Shown piece after piece: positions 9,181 through 21,600 of a stretch of DNA of 64,000 nt. Within the stretch, counting starts at the first letter, position 1, and each line of letters starts with the position of its first letter. The notes under the pieces were generated by a model that was not told the DNA's origin, made no database searches, and saw only the letters and a program-made list of their open reading frames with translations. The position numbers and the translations under genes are program-made. The stretch is taken from contig CACBGD010000002.1 of the NCBI GenBank assembly GCA_902538705.1, forward strand, positions 15,602 to 79,601. The letters run 5' to 3'. This stretch comes from an uncultured SAR86 cluster bacterium (GTDB taxonomy: Bacteria > Pseudomonadota > Gammaproteobacteria > Magnimaribacterales > D2472).

Positions 9181-12168
9181 TTGAAAAAACAGAATAAAGA
9201 AAACTTTAAACCCATAAAAAATTTAATAGATAAACAGGTAAAAACACTATTAATTTGCTCATCTAATTCAGAAATTGATTATGTGTATTCGAATATATTA
9301 GATCAATATAATCATATAAGGATTTCTAGGTTTTATGACAGAGAAATACTTCCCTATGATCATTTTTCAACACCAGACGATATAGTAAAAAAAAGAATAA
9401 ATGAAATTTTTAAAATACCTAACTCAGAATTAATATTAACTTCTGTTAAAAATCTTTTTGAATTCTATCCAGAATATAGTTTTTTTGATTCTCTTAAAAC
9501 ATATAGTGTTGGTGAAAAAATATCAATTTCTGACCTCAAGAAAGCTCTTGAAACATTAAATTACATAAGAGTTGATAAGGTTAAGACCTTGAATGAATAC
9601 TCACATAGAGGTGGAATTATAGATATCAATTCAGGCAGATATAAAAATCCTGTAAGAATTGATTTTTTTGATGATTACATAGAATCTATAAGAGAATTTG
9701 ATATTAAATCACAGAGATCTATTTCAGAAGTTAAATCATTTAAACTTAATACAGGTTATGAAATACTCTTAGATAATCATACTGTTAATTTATTTAAAGA
9801 AAAGTGGAGAGATGAGTTTCATGGAATTGATGAAAGGACTTCTGCTTTTTTTACAAATTTAACCAAAAAAAATCTTCCTGAAGGATATGAAAATTATCTA
9901 ACAATACTGATTGAAAATCCTATCAATTTTTTTAATTTAATTAAGTGTGATGAAATCTTTATCACAAATGATTCTAGTATTACCAACTATAGCAACTTCA
10001 TAAAAGAAAGATTCGATGACGAAGATAATGGTTCGAGAGAGCTCATCCCACCATCAAAGCTTTTTTATGATCCTCAGAAAGATCTTGTTATTAAAAATTT
10101 AAGATCAATAAAGCTTGTTAATAAAGATTTCTCAAGTATTTTAAAAACTAAAAAACAAGAAATAATTCAAGAAAAAACTAATAGTTATGTAAGTTACGAT
10201 AATTCTCTCTCCTTAGATGATTTAGTAATTCATGAAAACTATGGTCTAGGCATATTTAGAGGATTAAAAACAATCAAAACAAGCTCAAAAATCAATGAAT
10301 ATTTATGTATTGAATATAAGCAAAAAGAACTTTTATATGTGCCTACAAATAACTTCCATATGCTTTCAAAGTTTCATAAGAAAAATGATGATGTTACGCT
10401 CGATTCTCTATCAAATACCAATTGGTCGAAGAAAAAAGAAAAAGCTAAAGCAAGGATTTATGACCATGCATCAGAAATTCTAGAAATTGAATCTGAAAGA
10501 TTAAAAGCCTCATCCTATTCATTGAAAGTATCTGATGAAGATTATCTTTTATTTCTTAAAGATTTTCCTTTTGAAGACACAGATGATCAAAGAATTGTCT
10601 CAAGTGATATTAGAAAAGATTTATCATTAGTTAAACCAATGAATAGATTATTATGTGGTGATGTAGGATTTGGCAAAACGGAAATTGCAATAAGATCTGC
10701 ATTCATAACTGTTTACTCAGAAAAACAAGTCATAATATTAAGTCCCAGTACAGTTTTAACCGAGCAACACTATGAATCATTTACACAACGGTTTAGAAAC
10801 TTTCCAGTAACTATAAAAAAACTTTCAAGAAATACATCTATCAAAGAAAAACAAAAACTTTATGATGACTTTAATAATAAGAAAATTGATTTATTGATAG
10901 GCACGCATGCATTATTTAATGAGAATTTATCATTTGAAAATGTCGGATTGATAGTTGTAGATGAAGAGCATAGGTTTGGAGCTAAGCAAAAAAATCTTAT
11001 TAAACATAAGCAACTTTCTACCCATATCTTATATATGTCTGCAACACCCATTCCTAAAACAATGAATATGGCTTTTTCTGGATTAAAGGACTTTTCGTTT
11101 CTTTCAACACCGCCACCAAAGAGACTATCAATAAAAACCTTCTTAGAAGTTAGTAACAATGCAATCATCAAGGAATCTCTTAATAGAGAGTTCAATAGAG
11201 ATGGCTGCTCATTCTTCATAGAAAATAATGTAGAAAAAATGGAGAAGCTCAAGACAAATCTATCAAAATTACTGCCAAATCAGGAAATTGGTATTGTGCA
11301 TGCCAGCTTAAATAAGAAAACCATAGATAAACGGATTGATGCATTCAGGAATAAAGAAATAAATGTCTTAATATGCACAACGATTGTTGAAATGGGCCTA
11401 GATATTCCTGAGGCTAATACAATTATTATTAATAATGCTCAGAATTTTGGCTTATCTCAGTTACATCAACTTAGAGGAAGAATTGGAAGATCGTCTAGAC
11501 AAGGATATTGTTATGCACTAATACCCTCTCCCAACATAGGAAACAAATCAAAATCAAGGCTTAAAAGCTTCGTTGATAACTCGCATTTAGGTGCAGGATT
11601 TAATATTGCTGAAGAAGACCTTGAAATACGAGGTGCTGGAGAAATTCTAGGTATTAAGCAGTCTGGACACATTGATACAATTGGGATGTCCTTATACATG
11701 TCAATGCTTAAAACCGCTTTAAATAATGATAATAAAAATATTGAGAAGTCTTGCGAAATTAAACTTTCAATTACTAATCTAATTCCTGAAAATTACCTTC
11801 CCTCGCCAATAGAGAGACTTAAAGTTTATAAAAAACTATCCATTGCTACTTTTGAAGCTCTGAATGAAATCAAGTTAGATCTTTTAGATAAATGTGGAAA
11901 ACATCCTCAGGAGTTAAAAAACTTATTTCAAATAACTGAATTAGCCATAAAAGCTAAGAATTTGGATATTAAAAAAATTACTCAAACATCAAAGTTTATA
12001 AAGATTGGCTTTTTAGAAAATGTCTCTGATAATATCTTAGAAACTATAATTAAACTAACTAGTCATTCTTCAGGCTCTTATCAAATTAAAAAGAATGGTG
12101 AACTGTGGATAAATTATGCTGACGAAGATGTGTTAAATTTACTTAATGAAGTTATTAATGAGTTTTAA
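9181..12168 (+). CDS. mfd: Transcription-repair coupling factor (compact)
   Basis: UvrB-homology EYSHRGGIIDI, RID VIHENYGLG, helicase motifs CGDVGFGKTE, DEEHRFG, SATPIP, QLRGRIGR, and TRG motif DLEIRGAGEILG. Confidence 0.95.
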   Translation: MKKQNKENFKPIKNLIDKQVKTLLICSSNSEIDYVYSNILDQYNHIRISRFYDREILPYDHFSTPDDIVKKRINEIFKIPNSELILTSVKNLFEFYPEYSFFDSLKTYSVGEKISISDLKKALETLNYIRVDKVKTLNEYSHRGGIIDINSGRYKNPVRIDFFDDYIESIREFDIKSQRSISEVKSFKLNTGYEILLDNHTVNLFKEKWRDEFHGIDERTSAFFTNLTKKNLPEGYENYLTILIENPINFFNLIKCDEIFITNDSSITNYSNFIKERFDDEDNGSRELIPPSKLFYDPQKDLVIKNLRSIKLVNKDFSSILKTKKQEIIQEKTNSYVSYDNSLSLDDLVIHENYGLGIFRGLKTIKTSSKINEYLCIEYKQKELLYVPTNNFHMLSKFHKKNDDVTLDSLSNTNWSKKKEKAKARIYDHASEILEIESERLKASSYSLKVSDEDYLLFLKDFPFEDTDDQRIVSSDIRKDLSLVKPMNRLLCGDVGFGKTEIAIRSAFITVYSEKQVIILSPSTVLTEQHYESFTQRFRNFPVTIKKLSRNTSIKEKQKLYDDFNNKKIDLLIGTHALFNENLSFENVGLIVVDEEHRFGAKQKNLIKHKQLSTHILYMSATPIPKTMNMAFSGLKDFSFLSTPPPKRLSIKTFLEVSNNAIIKESLNREFNRDGCSFFIENNVEKMEKLKTNLSKLLPNQEIGIVHASLNKKTIDKRIDAFRNKEINVLICTTIVEMGLDIPEANTIIINNAQNFGLSQLHQLRGRIGRSSRQGYCYALIPSPNIGNKSKSRLKSFVDNSHLGAGFNIAEEDLEIRGAGEILGIKQSGHIDTIGMSLYMSMLKTALNNDNKNIEKSCEIKLSITNLIPENYLPSPIERLKVYKKLSIATFEALNEIKLDLLDKCGKHPQELKNLFQITELAIKAKNLDIKKITQTSKFIKIGFLENVSDNILETIIKLTSHSSGSYQIKKNGELWINYADEDVLNLLNEVINEF

Positions 12169-12802
12169 TAAAATAATTCTTTTATTTTTATTTTTTACTA
12201 ATGCGTCATATGCTGAAGAAATATATAAAGTAGAAGTAATATTTATTAAATTTAATGATGTTACTACGGATGAAAAATTCATTAAAAACCTAAACTTCAT
12301 ACCCCAAAGTGTTGAGGAGTTAAAAGAAAATGAGATTGAGCTTATTCCTCAGAAATTTATAGATAATGTTCTATCATCCGTTGATCTATTGGATTTAGAT
12401 ATAAATGAAATCCAAATAATTACTGGTGAAGAAGATAATAAATCAATCACAGAGATCTATAATCTTTATAAGTATGAAGATTTGGAAAATCTTGATTTTC
12501 TAACTGGCAGATTGAGGTGGAGAGATAATATTGAAATTCTTGATTCTATATCTTGGTATCAACCTGTTAAAAGTAAGAATGAATATACGTTTCATTTTAG
12601 TGATAAGAATAATATTAGTTTCTACTTAAACCTATATCAGTCAAGATATCTACATCTTAATCTAAAAGTATTTTTTGGAAAACTTGATTTAGATAGAGAA
12701 ATAAAAGAATTTATAGATGAAGATCGAAGAGTAAAAAATTCCGAAATAAATTATTTTGATCACCCAAGTATGGGCGTAATAGTTAAAATAGATAAGACTT
12801 AA
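12146..12802 (+). CDS. CsiV-like secreted (peptidoglycan-binding) protein
   Basis: Signal peptide, YKVEVIF, SRYLHLNL and EINYFDHPSMGVIVKI fit CsiV; usual position after mfd. Start may be the ATG at 12158. Confidence 0.75.
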   Translation: MKLLMSFNKIILLFLFFTNASYAEEIYKVEVIFIKFNDVTTDEKFIKNLNFIPQSVEELKENEIELIPQKFIDNVLSSVDLLDLDINEIQIITGEEDNKSITEIYNLYKYEDLENLDFLTGRLRWRDNIEILDSISWYQPVKSKNEYTFHFSDKNNISFYLNLYQSRYLHLNLKVFFGKLDLDREIKEFIDEDRRVKNSEINYFDHPSMGVIVKIDKT

Positions 12803-13404
12803 GATTCCTGTTCTTGCGGATAGTATGCATTATCATTGATTGAATGATCTGTAATATCTTTTACAGATCTTATTTCTGGTATTTGTTCAATCAATGTACT
12901 TTCAATTCCATCTTTGAGCGTAACATCAATCATTCCACATCCCTGACAACCACCACCGAATTGAAGAATAACATCTGCGTCATCGGTAAATTCTACAAGT
13001 GAAACTTCACCGCCATGAGAAGCAAGCATCGGATTAATTTCGTTATATAAAATAAAATTAATCTTATCTTCTATTGTGCTATTTTCACCAATATTTGGCA
13101 TCTTAGCATTTGGTGCTTTGATGGTGAGCTGTCCATCAAAGTTATCCTCATCAAAATTTACAATTGCATCATCTAAAAAATCAATACTTTTTGCATCCAC
13201 ATATACATCAATCAATTCTAGATGCATTATTAAGTCGTCCTTGGAAGCCTCACTTATATTACAAAAAGCTAGACAAGTTTCAGCTTTAGGTGTGCCAGGT
13301 TTATCAATAAACAATCTAATAGCTAAATTATCCTCATCCTTGGCATCAATAAGTTTTTTTAAATAAACTTCTGCTGAATTAGTAATTTCTATATTGTTTT
13401 TCAT
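12799..13404 (-). CDS. nfuA: Fe-S biogenesis protein NfuA
   Basis: Degenerate A-type domain (PGTPKAETCLAFC) plus NifU-C domain INPMLASHGG...FGGGCQGC. Confidence 0.95.
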   Translation of the reverse strand: MKNNIEITNSAEVYLKKLIDAKDEDNLAIRLFIDKPGTPKAETCLAFCNISEASKDDLIMHLELIDVYVDAKSIDFLDDAIVNFDEDNFDGQLTIKAPNAKMPNIGENSTIEDKINFILYNEINPMLASHGGEVSLVEFTDDADVILQFGGGCQGCGMIDVTLKDGIESTLIEQIPEIRSVKDITDHSINDNAYYPQEQES

Positions 13405-13413
13405 AATATTTAT

Positions 13414-13442
13414 ATTTGAGGTGATTTTAACTGCTTTTCAAG
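13414..13442 (-). promoter_or_regulatory. Candidate sigma32 (RpoH) promoter of nfuA
   Basis: Minus strand reads CTTGAAA-14 nt-CCTCAAAT versus consensus CTTGAAA-N13/14-CCCCATnT; lies 9 nt before the ATG. Confidence 0.4.
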
Positions 13443-13533
13443 GAATAAGAAAAGTTATAACTTATTTATTTTCACAATAATATAATGTTCATCAAGATAA
13501 AAGGCGTGATAATATTCCTTGTAATTTGTAGTT

Positions 13534-15630
13534 ATGAATAAATGTGTATACCTGAGTCTATCAGTTTTAATTTTAAATGGTTGTAATGAAATGAGTTCTA
13601 ATAATCCTCCAAGTCCAAAAAAAATTCCCTATGAGCTAAAAGCACATGGTGACACAAGAATCGATAACTATTATTGGATGAGAGATGATTCACGATCTGA
13701 TCCTGAACTTATCGCATATCTTGAATCTGAAAATGAATATTTTAAAAAGTGGCATGATGCGAAAGTAAATTATCAAAGTGAGATCTATAAGGAGCTTAAA
13801 AATATGATCCCTATCGAGGAGGAAACTCTAAGAGTTAAGGATGGTAATTTTTACTACTACTCCAGGATTAGATCAGATCAGCAATATTCAACATATTATA
13901 GAAATGATTCAACTGAGGAAATCCTGCTGGACGCAAATGAAGAAGCTAAGGGTAAAGAGTTCTATAACGCTGCTGGATTAAATATTTCTCCTGATGAAAA
14001 TCTTTTGCTTTATGGGGAGGATTTAAATGGAAGACGTGAATACACTTTACGAATAAAGGACTTAAGAAATAATAGATTATTGTCAGATGAGATAGTTAAA
14101 GTCTCTCCTAATGCAGTTTGGTCAAATGATTCAAAATATATAGTGTATGCAAAAAAAGATGAAGAGACATTAATACAAAATCAAATCTATCTTCATGAAT
14201 TGGGTACGAAACAATCTGAAGATAAATTAATTTATAAAGAGGGAGATAATGAATTCAATATTTGGTTATCTGAATCAAGAACTAAAAAATATATCTATAT
14301 CTATATAGAAAAAACTAATGCTAGTGAGGTTTGGTTAATGGATAAATCAAATCCATTGAAACCAATTCAATTAGTACTTAAGAGATCTGAGAATCATCTT
14401 TATTCAATTGAGGATGGAGGTGATTATTTTTATGCACTTTCAAATCACAATGATGCAAAGAATTTTAAAATCATGCGGTTTGGAGGATCAGATTTCGGTG
14501 ACATAAATAAATGGGAAATCATTGTTGATGCAAGGAATACTCACTACATTGAAGATATGCTCACCTTTAATAAACATATAGTTATTCAATCAAGATTTGA
14601 TGGCATACCTATAATTGAAATATTAGATATTGATTCAAAAAAACTAACTCAAATAAAGATGAAAGATGAAGTTTATGATGTTGGCCTAGCATATAACAAT
14701 AACTTTGATTCATCTTTTTTTAGATATTCCTATTCATCATTAAATACATCACCTCAAATATATAAATATGATTTATTTAAAACTTCAAATACTATCGTAT
14801 GGAAAAAACAAGTTAAAAACTTTTTAGATTCAAGTTATGAAATAAAGAGAATTAAAACTGTTGCTAGAGATAAGACTGAGGTTCCAGTTTCAATCGTTTA
14901 TAAAAAAGGTATTGATACAAAGAATGCTCCTATGCTTATTTATGGATATGGTTCATATGGAATAAATATGGATTCTGGTTTTAGATCATCGATTGTTCCC
15001 CTTCTTGATAGAGGATTCATATTTGCTATCTCACAAATTAGAGGTGGTGCTGATATGGGTAGATTTTGGTATGAAGAAGGAAGAATGATGAAAAAGAATA
15101 ATACTTTCTTTGATTTTATAGATTCTACAAAATTCCTTATTGAAAATAATATTGGACATAAGAATAAAGTATTTGCAATGGGTGGAAGTGCTGGTGGCTT
15201 ATTGATGGGTGCAGTTATAAATTATGAACCAGAACTCTATAAAGGAATCGTAAGTGCAGTCCCCTTCGTAGATGTCTTAACAACTATGTCTGATGAATCA
15301 ATTCCTCTAACGACATTCGAATATGACGAATGGGGTAATCCAAATAATAAGGAGGAATATTTATATATGAAAACATATTCGCCTTATGACAATATCAATA
15401 AGCTTAACTATCCAGCAGTTTTAGTAACTACAAGCTTATTTGATTCTCAAGTGCAGTATTTTGAACCTGCTAAATATGTTCCAAAGTTAAGAGAAAATTC
15501 TACTTCTGGTAATCCTGTTTTTCTCAATATAAATTTAGTTGGTGGTCATGGTGGTAAAAGTGGAAGGCTTGACTCTTTAAATGAAACAGCCCTAGATTAT
15601 TCATTCATTCTAAATATTTTGAATGATTAG
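13534..15630 (+). CDS. ptrB: Oligopeptidase B (S9A), with predicted lipoprotein signal
   Basis: HGDTRIDNYYWMRD, catalytic GGSAGG, EYDEWGNP, DSQVQYFEPAK, GGHGG; N-terminal lipobox-like LNGC. Confidence 0.92.
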   Translation: MNKCVYLSLSVLILNGCNEMSSNNPPSPKKIPYELKAHGDTRIDNYYWMRDDSRSDPELIAYLESENEYFKKWHDAKVNYQSEIYKELKNMIPIEEETLRVKDGNFYYYSRIRSDQQYSTYYRNDSTEEILLDANEEAKGKEFYNAAGLNISPDENLLLYGEDLNGRREYTLRIKDLRNNRLLSDEIVKVSPNAVWSNDSKYIVYAKKDEETLIQNQIYLHELGTKQSEDKLIYKEGDNEFNIWLSESRTKKYIYIYIEKTNASEVWLMDKSNPLKPIQLVLKRSENHLYSIEDGGDYFYALSNHNDAKNFKIMRFGGSDFGDINKWEIIVDARNTHYIEDMLTFNKHIVIQSRFDGIPIIEILDIDSKKLTQIKMKDEVYDVGLAYNNNFDSSFFRYSYSSLNTSPQIYKYDLFKTSNTIVWKKQVKNFLDSSYEIKRIKTVARDKTEVPVSIVYKKGIDTKNAPMLIYGYGSYGINMDSGFRSSIVPLLDRGFIFAISQIRGGADMGRFWYEEGRMMKKNNTFFDFIDSTKFLIENNIGHKNKVFAMGGSAGGLLMGAVINYEPELYKGIVSAVPFVDVLTTMSDESIPLTTFEYDEWGNPNNKEEYLYMKTYSPYDNINKLNYPAVLVTTSLFDSQVQYFEPAKYVPKLRENSTSGNPVFLNINLVGGHGGKSGRLDSLNETALDYSFILNILND

Positions 15631-18600
15631 TTATCAGTCTTTCTTCGTTTCTGCTTATTATAGTCTTCTACTTTTATAGGCTTTCTCTTAAACACTAATT
15701 GATTATTTAGGGAGAAGCCTGCGGTAGATTTATTTACTCTTAATGTAACAGCTGAATTTTCAATATCGTTTTCACCTAAATTAAAATATTCATCGGAATT
15801 ACTAATATCAGGATAATAATTATAGAACTCGCCAGGATCTGTTATGAAGTCATCAATAATAGTACTGAAGACCCAGTAATAGTCACCAGGAGGAATATTA
15901 TTAGCTGTAAATGCAAGTGATCCTTCTGGCATTTCAAGATAGTCATATACAGGTGACTCACCATTTGAATCTCTTAAAGTAAGGTAAATAGTTGGTACTG
16001 GAATAATTTCTCTATCAGGACCAACTTGAAATGATATTGATAGAACAACTGAATTTTCATTACTAAAAGTAACAGTTACATTTGATTGGTATAGCCCGTC
16101 AGGTAAAGAAGAGCGATCTAAGGAAACAGTATAATTACCAAAACCCTCTGAGTCAGCACTTGTAGAATTAATAGTAACAGCTGATGGAATGGCTGATTCT
16201 ATAGAAACCACTGATAACTCACCATCTCCAACTTTATTAATATTGAAATCGAAGTTATTTACTTCTAAACCCATGTTATAGGTTGTTGTATCAATAGTCG
16301 CATAGGTAAAATCTAGCCCCTCATCACTTATTATTCTATTTACTGCTTTTTGAAGATTTAGAGCTCCATAACCAAACTCATCATCTTTTCCTTCATCACC
16401 AACATCATCAGTTAGATGTCCATCGACTAAAAGACCTTCTACTTGAAATGGTTGTAAGGTTGGAACAAGGGCATAAAGTACAGCAATTGCACCAGAAACA
16501 TGAGGAGATGCCATTGATGTTCCTTGATAAAAATTAAGATCCTCATTTGTGCTGAATGCCAAGATCCCATCACTATAACCATCTGCATTTACATCTGCAG
16601 TTAAATCACCTCCAGGAGCGGCAATATCAACCTGATCATTATAAGTCGAGTAATATGCTCTACCTCTTAAATAGTTAGTAGCACCTACCGATATGACATT
16701 GTTACATGATGCTGGGTATCCGTAAAAACCTGGGGCCTCTTGAGCTTCATTACCTGATGAGGAAACGATTGTAATACCTGTATTATAAACATCGTTAATT
16801 GCGTTTTGATAGGTGGCTCCACATGAGCCTCCTGTACTTCCTAAACTCATATTAATCACTTTGATTGGAACAGAACCAGAGTAAATGGTATTACTTCCAT
16901 TAGGAAGACCTGCAGCATATAACATGCCCTGGACAATGTCGCTTCTAAAACCAGTGCCATCTTGACCAAGGGCTCTGATAGGAACCGTTTGAATTCCAAA
17001 GCCATTAATATTTAAACCATCATTTAATGCAGAAATTGTTGTTGCAACATGAGTACCATGTGAGTCAGAAGCTGCTGCCGAGTCAGTTGGATCTGAATCA
17101 TATCCATCTCCATCACCAGCATTAGTGAAAGGCACAAAATCAAACCCGCCATCTGCAAATGCAGATGTAGTCCATGCAGTTGATGTGATTATAGGAGAAC
17201 CTGTATCAATTACAGCTACTGCAACATCTTTTACATCTTGCCCTATGGTAGTTAGCACAGAATCTAGACCAATCTGAGATAGACCCCATTGATAAGGCCA
17301 ATAAGGATCATTTGTAAAATGAGCCTTAGCTTTAAAATCTAGTTCAAGATTTAATTTTGGATATTTTTGTCTATAGTGTTGAAGTAATTTCCAATGCTTC
17401 AAATATCTGACTTGAGATATATTACTTGACTCACTTAAATAATTATCACCAAAAATATCATTAAACTCTTTGTCTATATCAAATTCTATAACCCTTAAGC
17501 CTTTTGGTAGAATTTGGTTAGACTCTATTATTTTTGCATTTAAATCATTAAGCGATAAATCAAATTCAGGTCGAACATAAGTATTAATGTCAAAATCATC
17601 ACCAAAAGGAATGTATGAAATAAAACGGCTGTCGGCGTATTGATCCTTTATATCTCTCTGCGATGAAACTCCTGTGACATTAGATCCAAGAGTTAATACA
17701 TATTTTGTATGTCCTGTAATAGCGCGAATGACAGCATAGAAAGTACCTGATTCAGGAAGAACAATTTGTCTAAAGGTATCTGTAGAATTTGATGTGTATG
17801 CAAAGTCAGCAAGTTCACCATTTTCATCATATATGTACAGATCTGCGTTTAATCCATCAGTTGTACAACAGTAATAACTGCCGCCCTGCTCATAGATTAA
17901 ACCTTCGATACTGAGTGTTAGTAATAAATTAGGAGCACCAGAAATTTTATACCAATCTATGGCATCTTCATTAAAAATCTCAATATAATCACAAAATCCT
18001 GGATTATCCGGATCTTCTAAACAGAATCCATCATCTCCAATATTTAGAACTTCTATCGAATTGTCTCCAATATGACCGATAACATCTGTGGGATTGAGTA
18101 TTACTTGAGCAGAGTCAATGTCATTATTAGGAGTTGGTGGATAATAAATAATGTCCGGAACATCTCCATCAATAGCAGTTAATGGGTTTGAATATAATGT
18201 ACCTGATATTGACCAAGTATCTTTAACATCTGTAATTGTTATTCTCAAATCTAGAACAGTTGATAAACCATTGGCTTTATCTTCTGTTGCTGTTAATTGA
18301 ACTAGGTATACATTATCAGTATCTGCATCAGATGGATTTTCATAGTCAACACCGGTAAAACTATTAAATCTTAAATTACCAACACCGCCTGAGACATTTG
18401 CTAATGACATTATTCCAGAGTCATCTCCACCTGTAATAGACCATGTGAATGTATCATTTTCTGGATCATTAATACTTATTGCAGCAATCAATCGAATATT
18501 TTCTTCAATTGATATTTCCTCATTTAAATTAAATTCAGGTCCTTCATCAACATTAGTAATGGTGAGTTGAACATTTTGTGTTGTTCTATTAAAACCATCA

Positions 18601-21600
18601 TCGGCAAATATTATTAAGTCATAAACGTTATCACTATTTGCATCTGTTGGATTTTCGAAGTTAGCTCCACCAGAATATTTTAAAACCCCATCAAGGACTA
18701 TAAAATTTGTTGAATCATCACCTGATACACCAACTGTAATAGAATTATTTTCTGGATCAGTAACAGAAAATGTAGCTATATCTTCAGTATTTTCACTTAA
18801 AGTATATGAGGATTCTAAACCGCTAATTACTGGTGGATTATTTACTTCAAGAACTGTGATACTAATCTCTTCGCTGGTAGTTGTAAAAGAACCATCCTCG
18901 GCTGTAATAGAAATCTTATAAACATTATCACCATCATTATCTAATGGGTTAGAGAAGTCAGGAGCAGAAATAAATGAAAGGCTATTATCTAAAACAGAAA
19001 ATAATGCTGCATCAGTACCTATTTTTCCAAGATTAACATCATTACCATCTGCATCTGATGTAGAAATATCAAAAACATTTGTTTGCCCGTTTGTAACTTC
19101 AACACTTGTAACAAGATCAACAAATACTGGAGCATTATCATTTAAGTTGTTGACAGATATTAATATATTTGGAGAAGTAGCAGTCAATGAACCATCACTG
19201 GCAATTACTGCAAATGAATATATATTGTCTTCATCTGAATCAGCAGGATTTTCAAAATCTGGAGTGTCAGCAAAAGAAACTCCACCTTCGCTATTAATGC
19301 TTAATGCCGATGCATCTTCACCTGTTAAAGTGTATGAAAGTTTGTCTCCATCTTCGTCAGATGCTGTTATAGAACCAAAAGATATTGTTATATTTTCATC
19401 AACACTTATTTCACTAGCAATTGCACCAAATAGTGGAGATTCATTAACATCAGAAATGTTAACAGTCAAAGTTGAGGCAGCACTATAAAGTCCATCTGTG
19501 ACAGTAACTATTAGCGAATAAGTATTTTGTACTTCAAAGTTTGCATTTTCATTTAAAGTGAGAGCACCTGTGTCTGCGATTGTAAAAGCTGCTGCATCTA
19601 AACCACTTATTGAAAATGATAAAACATCATTATCAGCATCTGTAGCAGAAATAGTGGCTACAGATTGTTGATTTTCAGGAACAGTAAAGGAATCACTTGA
19701 GGTAATAACTGGATCATTGTCATTAACATTTGTTATTGAAATCTCAACTTCCTGTGACGTTGTATTTAGATCATCACTAAAATTAACATTGAACAAATAA
19801 ACATTATTAGAGTCTGAATCCTCTGGCTGCTCATAATCTTTTTGTGAAGAAGTGATGACAGCATTTAATCCATCAAATGACAAGTTAAATAAATTACTGT
19901 CTATACCTGACAGTGAAAAAGATATTGAATCTTCCTGAGGATCAGTTACAGAAAAGCTAATAAGAATCTCTTCATTCTCTAAAATTGACTGAGATGCAAG
20001 CCCTTCAATAATAGGATTACCCTCATTTTCAACATCTAAAATAGTAATTGATAAGTTATCAGTTGTAATATCTGAACCATCTGAAGCCTCAACAGTAATA
20101 TCATATTGATTATCTCCATCTGAATCTCCTGGTGCCTCAAAGTCCGGATTTGAATTGAAAGTAATTTGACCTGAACTTGAAATTGATAATTTATTTGAAT
20201 CGGTACCGGTCAATGAAAAACCAATAGGATCATCTTCAACATCTTCCACTACAATTGAAAGAACAACTAGTGTGTTTTCATCAATTGAGGATGCAGTTAT
20301 AAAATCCTTGAAAACTGGTGGGTCATTTACACTGACTACTTCAACATCAACATTTGCTGTTGCTGATGTACCATCAACATTGACAGAATAAGAAAAAGTA
20401 TCTTGTCCAAAATAATTTTCATCCGGTGAATAGGTAATAATATTAGATGCATCAATTGAAACTTGGCCATTTTGAGCCTCTGATACTGATACAGATAAGC
20501 CGTAATAATCGTTTCCTGCGTCAATTACATCATTTGATAGAGGTGGAAACTGAATAATATTATCTTCATTAGTTATTATTGAATCATCCTCTAAAGATAT
20601 AGATTGATCCAATATAGCTTCATCAACATTTTGGTCTGAAGCAATTAAAGCATTGAGATTTGAGGCGTATGCAGATAATCGAGATGATTCAATGGATCCA
20701 TTTGCAAGAGCAATAACATCTGTAATAAATGCACCTGTTGCAAAATTAGAAATTGCAGCTGTTGCTGAAGAATTATTTCTTACAGAAATCTTTTTGATAA
20801 CTGACTGAAGAATACTCTTGAGATCAGAAGCGGAAGAATCTAAGCCATTTGACGTTAAAATACTTTCCGTAAAATTATTTATAAAAGATGAAGTTTCAAT
20901 ATGTTCAGACAGATCAGAAACTCCAGCATCATAACTTTGCTGAATGTTTGCATAAAAAGTCTCAAAGAAAGTGCTTGAATCAAGAGATGATGTAATAAGT
21001 TCATTTACATATGCTTGAAGTGAATAAATTAAAACAAATACTTGTGCATTAGTTTCATAATATTTATTTAAGGCAGAACTCTCATTAAGACCGGAAATTG
21101 GATTTGTGCTATAAATATTTATAGACGAATCTAGATTAAAAAGAGTATTAAGGTCTGTATCTCCATTATTAACATAATCTAAAGACGTAAGGGACGAAAT
21201 TACCCTAGATTCATTTGATGAAGATTTATGGGATAAAGATAGATTACTAAAAGAAACACCAGATGTATCATCACCACCATCAAATGAAATGATATCTTGT
21301 GGATCATCAGGAAGTTCAAAAACACCTGAACCATCTGATGAAGAGGTTGGCTCACCATCATCAATGGTATAACTTGAATTTAAGTCAAGAACTACATTGG
21401 CTCCGGATATACCATTTATGCCAACAACTATTCCTTGTGCATTACCTATAACATTACTTGTGACAGTTCTTGAAGTTTTGCTACCTGCAGAATTTTGACA
21501 CGTAAGCGTAAATGACTTTTGGCCAGCAACGGTAAAGGATAAAGTTTCTTCCCCAGATAAAGATTTTGCTCCTGTCCAGTCGCCTGAGGCAGTACATGAA

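Noticed and set aside
13452-13463. Perfect palindrome AAGTTATAACTT between nfuA and ptrB
   Set aside because: Almost entirely A/T, so it is expected by chance in this genome; it matches no operator I can name.
18220-20335. Repetitive region as a possible CRISPR array or DNA tandem repeat
   Set aside because: The repeats are visible only at protein level within one ORF; there are no identical DNA repeats with spacers and no cas genes.
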